Below, piece by piece: positions 11,131-23,030 of a stretch of DNA of 50,119 bases. The position numbers and the translations under genes were made by a program. Below the pieces are notes generated by a model. The model did not search any database and was not told the DNA's origin. It worked only from the letters and a program-made list of their open reading frames with translations. Positions within the stretch are counted from its first letter, which is position 1. The number at the start of each line of letters is the position of its first letter. The DNA is taken from NCBI RefSeq assembly GCF_004010195.1, contig NC_057751.1:13726267-13776385 (forward strand), written 5' to 3'. The stretch comes from Chiloscyllium plagiosum (lineage: Eukaryota).

Positions 11131-13957
11131 TGTTGTGAACTGGACATAAAGGAGGTTTTCCCTGCCTTTATCCCTGTTGGAGATAAAGTTGTTCAGCTAT
11201 TAGAGATTGTTCTGGACGCAACTCTGCTGAGAGTGAGACTCAGTCTTCAGTACACGGTAGTGTACTGCTCAATTCTTGGAAAGAATTATAAATCTGGCCT
11301 GAATGTTTGCGTTCCATGGTGACAGCAAGATCAAGTTACAGATTGATAAGCTCAGAGTGCACACTCTATCAGCTGTCACTGTGGTTCTCAGATATGATAC
11401 GTCCGGTATTATGAAAGTGTTTTGAACACATCCAGGTGTTCAGAGACAGAAATGTGACACCCATGCAACAGGCTGAATTAAAGGTTCTCACAACTGTCTT
11501 GGTAAGCTTGTTGTGAGCAGCTCTCTCCCAAACCTATCAGCTTCTTTCACCCCCTTCCCATTATTCCCCTGTGAGCTCTTATCCATTATCCAGTGAATGT
11601 CAGAACCAGATTACATAAATTAGAAACCATGCCAATGACGAGAAATAGTTTACCACTGACAATGCACCCACACAAGTCAGAGAGAATTAAATGGTCCCCA
11701 AATCGGTTCCTGTCAGATAGAGCAACAGCAGTATAAATTGCTCTGTTACTGTTAGTAGAACTCCGGTTCAAAAGACAAATCATATTTGACTGAAAATGGG
11801 AACTTTGTTTCTGCTGACACCTGCTGAAAATGAGTTTCTCCATCTTTGCATTAGTTTTAGATTTCCAGAATCTGCACTCTTTCGCCTGGAAGTGACTACA
11901 GGAAACAGAAGTTGCAGAAGTTCACGTGCTTCCTTGGAATCTCTAATGATGCCTTTAATTTCCAACATTTCCACTGACCAGATCATTCCAAGCTATTGTC
12001 CAAATTCCATGGGTGGCTGCTGGTGAACAAGGGTTATCTTCTGACAGCATGGGACCTGATATCTCTCTGATACACAGCCACAACTACAGGGAGGAACTGC
12101 AACCAACACCATCTTCTAACATGCATCTGCATGAAACAAGCCATTCCTTTCTTGAAGATATGTTTCTGCTGTCTTCACTTGTTGCATGGTGCCCTCCAGT
12201 ATGAACTTGCTGCGGTGTCTCTTATTTTGTTCATCTGCTGCATGCTACCCATCACAACACTGCACAGCAGTCTGGAGATGGGTGAGAGAGGGTGATCTAC
12301 AATGCCCTCATTTCCTTCGATGAGGATGGGGAGATTATAGCAGAGGAGAAAAAGGAAGAAGAATGGGAAGCTGCAGAGAAACAAATGTCCAGGCATTAGA
12401 TGGCCATCAGCAGACTGACAATAATGCAAGGACTATGTTAATGCACCAAAGACTCACCCGAGTTGTTCTGAGACTGAATAATAGATGGATTTATCTCTCA
12501 CCTTCCACTGGTGGAAAATTACTGACATACTGGCTTTACCTACAACAAGTAATGAGGACATAAAAATCTGCCCATTAGCAGAATTGATAATGTTGTGACA
12601 GAGAACACAATAAGGACAAAAACTCAAAGACATTACCCAAGAGTCCAGAATGTGTATTTAACAATGAGTCAACTTGCTCCAATGGCCATTCCTACTGGGT
12701 GCTCTCTTGAAGGTGAAGGGAAGCCTGCTCAGTTGTCTCTTTACACTTGGTTGAGATGCCAGTGCCTTTCACACTTCAGTATCATGATAGGGACACGTGC
12801 TGTTACAGTCTCTTGCTGAATGAAAGATCCTTCAGTCAGAGGGACCAAGGAGGCAAACATAATGCTGGTTCCTTCCATTTGCTCCTCCATTGTCCTCTTC
12901 AACTCCTTAAGTACTTTAATACTGCTATTGCATGCTGGGTAAGTCTACTAGCAGGAATGTGACTACAGTCCACACCATGCACCACTGCACCATCAGTAAC
13001 ACTGAGAGTCATGCTGCAGAGTTACTCCTGCAGTGCAGGTGAGGATGTTACTCCTGCATCCAGTCAGAATCTCGAAGAGGTTGGCTATCTTGTCATGCAG
13101 TCTAATCCTAAGATATTACAGAGGACATTAATTCCTCAGTTGTGAGCCCATGCCTCTGGCTGAGTGGGAACAAATCTGCTCCTGTTCCTCTTTAAATGTG
13201 ACACCTGAGGCCCAGAATAATCTCCACCTAAAGGAACAAAGCTATATCTGCCCTCTATCCTTGAATAGGGGCAGATGCCACCATTCACTGTTTGACTGCT
13301 GCTCATGTGTGAGGTGTGCTTTATCCAGAGATCTCTGACTGTATGCAAAATACTGTGCAGTTTAACCAGCTAAGGAGGCCAGTGGTAACTGGATTTCTGC
13401 TAACCATTGACCCCAACACAATTGCCCTGTGGGAGACACAGGAAGGTATTCATGATAACTTTCCCAAATTAGCAGCTACTTCAGCACACTCAATGTGATG
13501 TATAACAGTAGTCACATAGACACAATGTGGACTGCATAGGAGTGACCAAACACCTCTGACCTGGAGACTGAGATGTGAAACAATCCTGTTTTGTAATAAC
13601 AAAATCCTGTATCTTGATTTCCCTTGGCTGCAATAGTACCCTTGCCAACTCCAGTGCTACCTCTTCGACTGTGGCCAGTATAGTAAGCTGGGCCATCCCA
13701 CCACCTATTCAAAGCCTTTGACATACATGATGTGCTCTACTTCACGACAGGATCAAGAGATGGAGAGTTAAAAAAAGCTCACCACTTCCAGCAATGTACA
13801 GACGCGAAATGGCTTTCTTCAAGTATGACCTCTATTTATTTGCACTCAAGGACACTTTATCTGATATTATTGACCCTTATCCTTTCTGTCACTGCTTGCC
13901 TCCTGACCTCCACGGCCTCCTTTGAGTGTCTGCCATGGATGCAACACTTCTTCTAGA

Positions 13958-14143
13958 TCAGAAGTCACACAACACCAGGTTATAGTTCCACAGGTTTATG
14001 TGAAAAAATGAGCTTTCAGAGTGCTTCTCCTTCATCAGGTGAAAATATTCAGCAGTGCTCTGATAGCTTGTGATTTCAAATAAATCTATTGTGTGACTTC
14101 TGACCTTGACCACCCCAGTGCAACACTAGCACCTCCACATCAT
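13958..14143. mobile_element. Fold-back PLE terminus, family B
   Basis: TCAGAAGTCACACAA (13958-) pairs with TTGTGTGACTTCTGA (14089-14103), and AGCTTTCAGAGTGCT pairs with AGTGCTCTGATAGCT. The right arm has an internal deletion. Confidence 0.75.
14010..14038 (-). ncRNA. Minimal hammerhead core, family B
   Basis: CUGAUGA-A-GGAG(AAGCA)CUCU-GAAA-GC-UC. Confidence 0.6.
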
Positions 14144-15046
14144 CTTCTCCAAGATGGAGGCATCAGAAACAAATGGGTTCCCCAGGGGATAACCGTCCAA
14201 ACCAGCCCTGACCCTTGGCTCCCTCTGTGCATCCTTTTGCAAAGACTGAGGCTGACTTTAATTTATTCCTCCTGACAGCACCACCAGATGCCTAAGACTG
14301 GGCAGTGAACTCACTTCTGGGCCAAATAGTAGCTGCCTCTTTAAAGATTGTGTGTGTGTCACTGTCACGGATGCAATGCAAAATCTGGAACTGTTTCAAG
14401 TGTTCAATCCCAACTGAAAATTTGGTGTTTACTCATGTACAACGGCAGGGTAGAGGAGGCAACATGATGGATGGTGGGTCAACTTAATTGATACATTTTA
14501 GATAGAAGAATTAGGTGAGACAAACTAATGGTATTGTTTTACAGAGTGTGCATGAACAGCGAGACCTGGGATCTCATTGAATACTCCCTCCAAATAGCCA
14601 CATAAATCTCCTCCCACTATATTGTCTTATCTCAACCTTTCACCATATCTTGCTATTCATTTCTTTCTCTCTGATCTATCTAGTTTCCTTCTGAAAGCAT
14701 CTTAGTTATCTTCTTCCTATGTAATGAGCTTGAGACTTGTCACTTTATCTTATTTTCTTACTGGATTCATCAATGACAGTTTTGTATTTATGGTTCAAAA
14801 TGTTGAATCCTTCTGGAAATGGAAACCTTCTATTTCTATCCTGTCCAACTAATCCATCATTTTAAAGATCTCAATCAGGTCACCTCCAGTCAAAACAAAC
14901 CTCCAATGGCTGTAATTACACCTTTCATGTTCCATCTTTCTAAATCTTTTTTGCATGTTGATCAGTGTTTTTTGACTTAGTTAAAATAAAAATGTTTATG
15001 CCTTTTTTTCTATTACGGAGACCAGGACACAGAACAACAAAATTTA

Positions 15047-15920
15047 AGGCCATAAGACCATAAGACATAGGAGTGGAAGCAAAGCCATTTGGCCCATCGA
15101 GCCCACTCCGCCATTTAATCATGGCTGATGGGCGTTTCAATTCCACTTACCCGCATTCTCCCCGTAGCTATTAATTCCTTGCAAGATGAAGAATTTCTGA
15201 AAATACCCAACGTCCCATCCTCCACTGCGCTCCATGGCAATGAATTCCACAGGCTCACCAGTCTTTGGCTGAAGAAATATCTCCTCATTTCTGTTCTAAA
15301 TTGACCCCCTCTAATTTTAAGGCTGTGTCCACGGGTCCTAATCAGCCCGCTTGATGGAAACAACTTCCCAGCGTCCACCCTTTCTAAGCCACGCATTATC
15401 TTGTAAGTTTCTATTAGACCGCCTCTCAACCTTCAAAACTCTAATGAATACAATCCCAGGATCCTCAGCCAATCATCATATATTAGGCCTTCCATTCAGG
15501 GATCATCCATGTGAATCCGCTGGACACGCTATAGTGCCAGTAAGTACTTCCTGAGGTATGAGACCTAAAAGTGGACACAGTATTCTAAATGGGGCCTAAC
15601 TAGAGCTTTATAAAGTCTCAGAAACATATCGCTGCCTTTATATTCCAACTCTCTTGAGATAAATGACAACATTACGTTTGCTTTCTTAGTCTCAGACTCA
15701 ACTTGCAAATCAACCTTTTGAGAATCCTGGACTAGCACTCACAGATCCCTTTATACTTTGGCTTTATGAATTTTCTCACTGTTTAAAAAATAGTCCATGC
15801 ACTTGCTCATGTTGAATTTCCATCAACCATTTCCTGGAACACTCTCCAAAACTGTCTAAATCTTTCTACAGCCTCCCCATCTCCTCAGTACTACCTGCCT
15901 GGCTGCCTAACTTTGTAATG
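15047..15920 (-). mobile_element. CR1-type LINE 3' fragment (different subfamily)
   Basis: ORF MRGGLIETYKIMRG...RTRGHSLKI...FFSQRLVSLWNSLP; terminal CATAAGAC repeats at ~15050-15067. Confidence 0.92.
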
Positions 15921-17059
15921 TTTAGCAACATTTAAACATGGAGGTCTATGTTGTCATGAGTTTATAAGTGTCCCTGACAGACTGGAGTTTCTGGCATGTG
16001 ATGTACCACATTTGGAACAGGAAATTCCAAGGATTTGCACCGCAGAATTTACACTATGATGCTATATTCGGGGTTGTGTTTATCTCTTCATTATCATCTT
16101 GTACATTCATCCTGTTGAACAAGCAGGCAAAACTGTAATTTCCAATTAAAGCCAAGTGCTAAAACACACTGTATAATGACACAAGTGAGGGAGGAGAGTG
16201 CTGCAGATCTCACAGGGCATCATCTCATTAGCCTAGAAATTACTGTTAGCAATGTGGATGGATGAACACTTAATGAGTTTGTGTGGCATTCCCCTTGTCT
16301 GTTTTTCCAATGGTGGTGTTAACCTATTCAAAACAAACGAGGTAGTGCTTGTGTTCACATTGTCAACAAAAGAATGCCAGCAACACATTAAGCATTTGCC
16401 TGAAATTGTAACTTCCAGTGAGCTGTAACACCTGATAAAGGTCAGGCCATTTATCCTGTTTGCTTTCATTTTCATGTGAGGTTGTACCGCAAAAAAAAAC
16501 TGAATGGTTCTACAGCAATTAGTGAAGCTTTAGAATGTTGGTCAATCTTTTGTCACCAAGAGGTGAGGATCAGCGAGTTGAGCAGGAAGGGAAGTGTTTT
16601 TTAATTTTTAAAAAAATAACCCAAGGAACATTTCAGCCTTAACAAAAGATAAGTTTGCTGCTTGTGCATTGTTTGTAATTTTTTTTCAAGGCAATTATTC
16701 ATTATACAACGTGGTACTTGCTTCTCTAAACTGATTAATTGAAAACCACTTTGATTAGTTTATGATGCCTCCAGAGGATAATGGTGGTGAATTCCATTAC
16801 ACAGAGATGTTGCTAAATAGAGAAATGTTACACTCTCCTGGATTAAGAAGCATAACATGGTCTGCTTGTGAGGGAGCCGGAAACAAGTTGAAAGGCAAGC
16901 TTTCACTGCCTCCAAACATTTTCCTAGTCCACATGTTCAGACAAACATTTCTGGAGCAGATAAGACATGAACCTGGCCTCCTGTCTGAACCTCAGAAGTA
17001 TGAACCCTTCCACTGTACCACACCAATTGGATCAGTGGTGAATTGAATACAGATACTTC

Positions 17060-17189
17060 TTGATTAAGGGCTTTTTGCCAGAAACGTCGATTTTCCTGCT
17101 CCTGGTGTGCTGCCTGACCTGCTGAGCTTTTCCAGCGCCACTCTAATCTTGATTCTAATCTCCAGCACCTGCAGTCCCCACTTCTGCCC
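17060..17189 (+). mobile_element. Single-arm PLE terminus, family A, beginning at a decayed hammerhead core
   Basis: TTGATTAAGGGCTTTTTGCCAGAAACGTCGATTTTCCTGCTCC...CTGCAGTCCCCACTTCTGCC. Confidence 0.85.
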
Positions 17190-17719
17190 ACTTTGTTGTT
17201 TGACAGCATCAGTACTTCAGATGAATCACTCGACTGATACCTCCATACATCGAAGGAGGAAGGACACTGTCATAAATCCCATGGTGATTGATTTCTAGCA
17301 GCAGTGGATATCTTGGTCATAGATACCTCTCCTTGAGCCGGGACTGAGAGACTGAGGAAAGGACAAAACGCCATACATTTCTATTAAGATTTTGTTCCAA
17401 ATATTGGCACAGAAACGTTGGGGAAAGAGGCAGTTTTAAAGTAAAGGTTCATCATGGTTCATTCCGGTTTATTCCTTCAATTTTGGGAAGTGCAGTTCTG
17501 TTGAATAGCCGATTTAAAATCTTAGCACATTGAAAATGCTAACCTTTCACTGTTCCACTGAAGAAATGCTGCTCAAGGCTTTGCTAGAGATTATAATGTT
17601 CTTTATTTGTTTTTATGGTGCAGTTTTAATCGTTCTTGACCTTCTGTTGAGTGGGGTGCCTTTAAAAAGATTTGTACATGAGTAGGCAAAGATGATTAAT
17701 AGGAAGCTAATTGAAGAGC

Positions 17720-18900
17720 ACTGAGTTCACCCGAACTGCGGCGTTCCATTACGTGAACAGACACACTCAATCTCCCTACAGCACTTCGCTCGGATACATC
17801 AGTATTCTGCTCAGCTCGGAGTTAGTTAACCTTGAATTCAGTACAATTTCATAGCACTTGTGTTCTGTTGAAGAAACCTCATCACCACCTAATCAATAAA
17901 CTGGATTCTCATTCAGTCTCGCATTCTTCCAGACGTGCAGCCCACACTGAGAATCAGCAAAGTCGGGCATATGACTTGAAGGGAGGAGGGAGCCAGCCAT
18001 CTCGACCACAGAAAACAGTTTCAAGGACATTGCAATTACGTTGGCAAAGACAATAGGTAATATCACGGGGCTGTGATCTGCTTCAAATTGGACCTCATTT
18101 GGGAACCTTGCTTCCAGTAGGGGGTGCTCTTATGGGACGGCACGAACTCCGAGATTATCTTCATGCTTTCAGTAAAAAGCGTGGCAAACAGCTTTGCGTT
18201 TTTTGGTAAGGGATATAACGCCCCCGCCGTTCTTTGGCGGTTGTAAACTTCATGTTGAGGTCATCATTTCTCTCCACAGCAGCCTCACCCTCTCTGAGCC
18301 AGGCTGCAAACATGCCCAAGTATTCTCTTACAAAAAGTACAACGTTTCGTTTCAGCGTTGACGTCTTCAGTTCCGGCACTGCCCCCTTAACAGTGTCATT
18401 TCTGCCAGGGCTGGATAATATCAAACGAGTCCAAGCCGTCAACGTGTGTGTGTTTGTTTTAAAAAAGGGAAGGAACTTGATTCGGTCAATGAAGGGCTTC
18501 TCCTGAAGGGATTCCCAACCATTCAGTACCAAAGCCAAAGCTTGCACCCTTTCTCAAAAAGAAGCCATTCTGTCTTTTCGGGTTGTCCTCATTCTGCATT
18601 TAACACTGCACGGTGCTAAATGCTCCGTGTTCCCGTGCAGATCTCAAAATGGTTGGTTTTTGGATTTCAGGTGCCATTTTTAATTTGATTGATTTGGAGT
18701 GATCTTCCCGAGGGCGATGGAATGTCCCGGGAGCATTCGGCTCGTGTTAACGTTCATCACGCCAGGACTTCTGCTGTATGAATGTTGTGGTTTTGAACTT
18801 GTGAGCTGGCCCGATCATCAAAACTTGTCCTTTCGCTTCCTTTGTTTTCTTGTCGACCATGTGCACCCCTGCCATGTTCGAAAGTTTAATTCAAATGCAG
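17720..18900. promoter_or_regulatory. CpG-enriched unique region, candidate promoter/enhancer
   Basis: I count about 17 CpG in 18121-18480, visibly above the flanks, with no repeat family recognised. Motifs: GC box ~18219-18227, GTTTCGTTTCA 18344-18354, TGACGTC 18359-18365, TTCCGG 18371-18376, GGGATTCCC 18508-18516. Confidence 0.5.
18717..18800 (+). CDS. Possible first coding exon (signal-peptide-like), unverified
   Basis: GCGATGG Kozak context; MECPGSIRLVLTFITPGLLLYECCGFEL; donor-like GTGAGC at 18801; acceptor-like TTTCAG ending at 18670. No homology recognised. Confidence 0.25.
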
Positions 18901-19159
18901 GTATTATGTCAGGAATAATGCCAGTTATGTTCCCCCAGTCTACCTTTGCAAACACTGTTGTGTGAAAATTAACCTGAAACTCAACTTGAGTAGTTTTTAA
19001 GCGGTTTTTAATTGGTATTAGTGAGGGATGAAAACTGATCGCTTGAATTGACCATGAGTTGTTTGGGAGCATTGTTATAATCCACTGGGATACGGTGCCA
19101 TTAAACTGAGCCCCACTATTGCTAGAGAAATACCAAGTGCTAAAGTTTGTTTTAAAAAT

Positions 19160-19465
19160 CACGTCGGAGATGCAGGCATTGCTGGCTGGTGAAATGCCTG
19201 TTGAGCTGTTGCAGTCCATGCGCTGCAGGTAGACCCACAAATGCTGGTCGGGAGGGAATTCCAGGATTCAGACTGTACGAACCAGGTCAGGATAGTGAGT
19301 GGGTTGAGAGGTGAAGTTGCAAGCGCTGGTCCTCCCGTCCTTCCAGATGGAAATCATTGTGGATTTCGAACGTGTTGTCTGAGAAGTTGTGATGACTTTT
19401 TTTTCCCCAGTACACCTTGTGTCGCACTGCTGTTTGAGCACCTGTGGTGGAGGGAATGGAGGTTT
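19160..19465 (-). mobile_element. Second LINE family 3' fragment
   Basis: Aligns by eye with 21085-21250/21640-21840 and 41030-41400. Confidence 0.7.
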
Positions 19466-19934
19466 GGAGGTACCTTTTGCATGCACAGTACCCCAATTCA
19501 TCTGACATTCAGACCAAGGTTGATGTAAAGCACGAACCAGGTTTCAGTATTAAGCAAGAATTATTATTCATTATAAATAATTAGATTATAGCTACAAGTT
19601 ACCAGGTATAAACCATTGGCATAAAGTACGACAAACTAAAACACTAATCCCATTATAAATTCTCCTTTACAAGCACACACTCAAACAACAAATAGGGAAA
19701 ATAAATTATTTGCAGAGGTAAAGGGAACATCAGCATTATGGTCTTTGCTTCCCAATGCCATGTTGAGATGATCTGACTTTGTCTTCAGTTGCCCTTATCT
19801 CGAAGCCTCCAATGGTTTGCAAGAAGTCCAGAGCAATTGATTCACTTGAATCAATTGGAAAGTCACAGTTCACAGCAGCTGCTGAATGAAAGGTAACTAG
19901 TTTTCTTTGAGTTTATACTAAGCTTTTTACTGCA

Positions 19935-20356
19935 GAGTCAGATATTCAGCAGTGAAACAGACCCTTTGTTCCATGCTGACCAGATATCCTAAACTAGTCC
20001 CATTTGCCAGCACTTGGTCCATATCCCTCTAAACCCTTCCTATTAACATACCCATCCAGATGACTTTTGAATTTTGCAATTGTATCAGCCCCCACCACTT
20101 CCTCTGGCAGCTCATTCCAAACACCCACCACCTTCTGCATGAAAAAGCTGCCACTTATGTCCCTATTAACTCCTCCCCCCCCCTAGTTCTGGACTCCCCC
20201 ACCCCAAAGAAAAAACCTTGTCTATTTATCCTATTCAAGCCCCTCATGATTTTATAAATCCCTATCAGGTCACCCCTCAGCCTCTGACGTTTCAGGGAAA
20301 ACAGCCCCAGCCTAATCACCCCCTCCCTATAGCTCAAACCCACCAACCCTGGCGAA
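19935..20356 (-). mobile_element. CR1/HER1 3' fragment
   Basis: ORF LSYREGVIRLGLFSLKRQRLRGDLIGIYKIMRG plus 3' tail. Confidence 0.9.
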
Positions 20357-21084
20357 CAGGCAATTTCTAGGGAGAACAGTAGCACACCTTTTCAGATCCT
20401 CTCTTCTGGGACTGTTGACCTTGCGTCCAGTTCCATTCTGCTCAGTTAGCTGAAAATCAATCTGCTTCACTTGTGAACAATTCCTCACCTCCCTGAGTTC
20501 ACAATAATTATCTGCTCATATTCTCTGCTGTGAAAATATGCAGCCATCCAGCTAAATCCTTGTTGTTAAAAACAGTTTCTCCTTGCAGTCCACAGTTTTT
20601 CTGCAAACACAAAAATAAAAATTCACACTTCTTAGTGCAAAAGCATGGTTGAAAGTTCCGAAATCTTGTCTCCAGTCAAAATGAATTGTTGTATTTAACA
20701 GAGCCACTTATATCTCCTTCCAGATGTGATGAATGTGTGGCCACAAGTCCAGTACAGACCCAAAGTACATGATTTCAACTCGAATTTTTAAAGTCAGTTG
20801 GAAGAAGTAGTACTAAGGGTCAGCCATGATGAACCTGGATTTGGGATATTCAGTGTTTGTGCCTTCTTCCTAGATTCATTACAGTAAATGCTACAATGCT
20901 CAAAGTCTGTCTGATAAGGTGAATGCAATTCATATTCACTGACATACACTTTTGAGCATCATCCCATACTCTGTCTACCTGACCAATCATTTCATTTCTC
21001 ACATCCATTAACTTTGTAACGGCACATATCCTTTTCTTTCTTGGCACATGCTCATTTATCCATCCATCACAACTGCTTAGACTG

Positions 21085-22380
21085 ACCCTTGTGCAGTTTG
21101 CTGGTCCAGCATTCATTATCCATCCTGTCACTTTTGATAAGGCGGTGGTGAGCTGCCTTCTTGAACCACTGTAATCCATCTGGTGTAGGTGCACCCACCA
21201 TGCAATTAGAAAGGAAATTCCACAATTTTGACCCAGCAATAGTGAAGGAATGGATAGCGAACGTCGATTTCACAAGTTTCTTCATCTCCCTCCTCCCATC
21301 GCATCCCAGAACCAACCCTCCAACTCAACACCACCCTCTTGACCTGTCCTACCTGTCCATCTTCCTTCCCACCTATCCGCTCTACCCTCCCCTCCGACTT
21401 ATCACCATCACCCCCCCACCTGTATCTATCTATCGCCTTCCCAGCTACCTTCCCACCAGCCCCACCCCCACCTTCCTAATTATCTCTCAGCTCCCCCCCC
21501 ATCCCACATTCCTGATGAAGGGGTTATGCCTGAAATGTTGACTCTCCTGCTCTTCCAGTGCTGCCTGACCTGCTGTGCTTTTCCAGTGCCACACTTTCAA
21601 CTCTCATCTCTCGCATCTGCAGTCCTCACATTCTCCGGATATATTTCCACACCAAGTTGACACGTGACTTGGAGGGAACCTTGTAGGTAGTGGTATTCTT
21701 ATGTATGCGCTGCTCTCACCTTTCTCAATAGTACTGGTCATAGGTTTGGAAAATGCTGTCTACAGATCTTTGGTGAATTTCTGCAGTGCATCTTGAAGAT
21801 AGTACTGAGTGCTGCTATTGAGTGCGGTGGTGGAGGGCGTGAATATTTGTGGATATTGGTCAATCAAGCAGCCTGCTTGATGGTATCAAGCTACTTGTGT
21901 TGCTGGATCCAAGGAAGTGGGGAATATACCATTACACGCCTGACTCGTGCCTTGTAGATGGTGGACGGGCTTTGAAGAGTCAGGAGGTGAGTTACTCATT
22001 GCAGTATTCCTAGTCTCTGACTTGCTCTTGTAGGCACCATATTCTTATGGCTTATCCAGTTCTGGTCAGTGGGGTATTGATAGTGTGTGGGGGGGGGGGG
22101 GGGGAAGAGGTGGGATTCAGCAACAGTGACGCCTTGAATTTTGAGGGATGATGGTTAAATTCTCTCCTCTTGTAGATGGTCATTTCCTATCACTTCTGTG
22201 GTATAAATATTATGCCACTTGTCAGCCCAGACCTGGATATTGTCCACTTCTTGCCATTTTTGACATAATCAGTATCTGAGGAGTCATGAACGGTGTTGAC
22301 CATTTGTGCAATTATTAATGAACAGCCCAGGTTACTGCTAAAGCAGCTAAAGATGTTTGGGTTGAGGACAACACCAGGTT
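21085..22380 (-). mobile_element. Second LINE family 3' region, interrupted by a PLE
   Basis: ORF piece SFTIAGSKLWNFLSN..VGAPTPDGLQWFKKAAHHRL; colinear with 41030-42560. Confidence 0.8.
21257..21636 (+). mobile_element. PLE 3' fragment (end of endonuclease ORF plus terminus), family A
   Basis: NVDFTSFFIS, C-rich UTR, decayed core CTGATGA-A-GGGGTTATGCCT-GAAA-TG-TT at 21512-21539. Possible 5-bp TSD GGATA (21252-21256 and 21637-21641). Confidence 0.87.
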
Positions 22381-22846
22381 ACATGACCTTGATGTCAACA
22401 ATGAGTAAATATGACCATACATGCAACAAAGTTTCCAAGTAATTCTGGATTTATTTCAAAACCATTTATTCATTGTGGTGCAGAATTGTAAGATGTCCAA
22501 ATCTTGCATCATTGCGGATATTTATGTTTCACTGCATTTGTTTAGACATATATGTTGAGTTTTCATCTAATTGACATTTCACAAGGGAGCAATGGTAGAC
22601 AAGAGTGAAGGGCTAGTTGGACAGCACAGCCTTCCCCAACCCCTGCTGAGTCAGGAACCACTGCCACATCCTAGTGGCCATCACTGAAAAGGGGCATTGC
22701 CAAGGGGCCGCAGAATATCTGTATACTACAGACTTTTGGTGCATGATATCCATAGTTGCAGAGAGATTAAATGATTTGACATCACAGTATTTGTGACAGG
22801 CTTAAATAGAGCATTTCACACAATGGAATATTAATTGCAGCAATCA

Positions 22847-23030
22847 AAATCATAGAGTCATACAGTATGGAAACAGACCCTTTGGTCCAAATCGTCCATG
22901 CTGACCAGTTTTCTGCAACTGAACTATCCCCATTTGCCCACATTTGGCCCATATTTCCCTCAACCTTTCCTATCCACATACTTATCCAAATGACTTTTAA
23001 ATGTTGTAATTGTATTCGCCTCGACCATGT
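22847..23030 (-). mobile_element. CR1/HER1 3' tail
   Basis: CATAGAGTCATACAGTATGGAAACAGACCCTTTGGTCCAA. Confidence 0.85.

Noticed and set aside
11900..13950. Possible decayed Harbinger-related sequence (e.g. QRHYPRVQNVYLTMSQ near 12625)
   Set aside because: Similarity is too weak to support by eye; it needs a profile search.
18161..18547. 128-aa minus-strand ORF
   Set aside because: Non-ATG start, no recognisable domain, and it overlaps the motif cluster; likely a chance ORF.
19520..20700. Possible LTR split by the CR1 fragment at 19935-20356
   Set aside because: I could not find matching TG..CA ends with a TSD.
22089..22114. Poly-G run / G-quadruplex
   Set aside because: Simple homopolymer expansion inside a LINE relic; the length may be a sequencing artefact.
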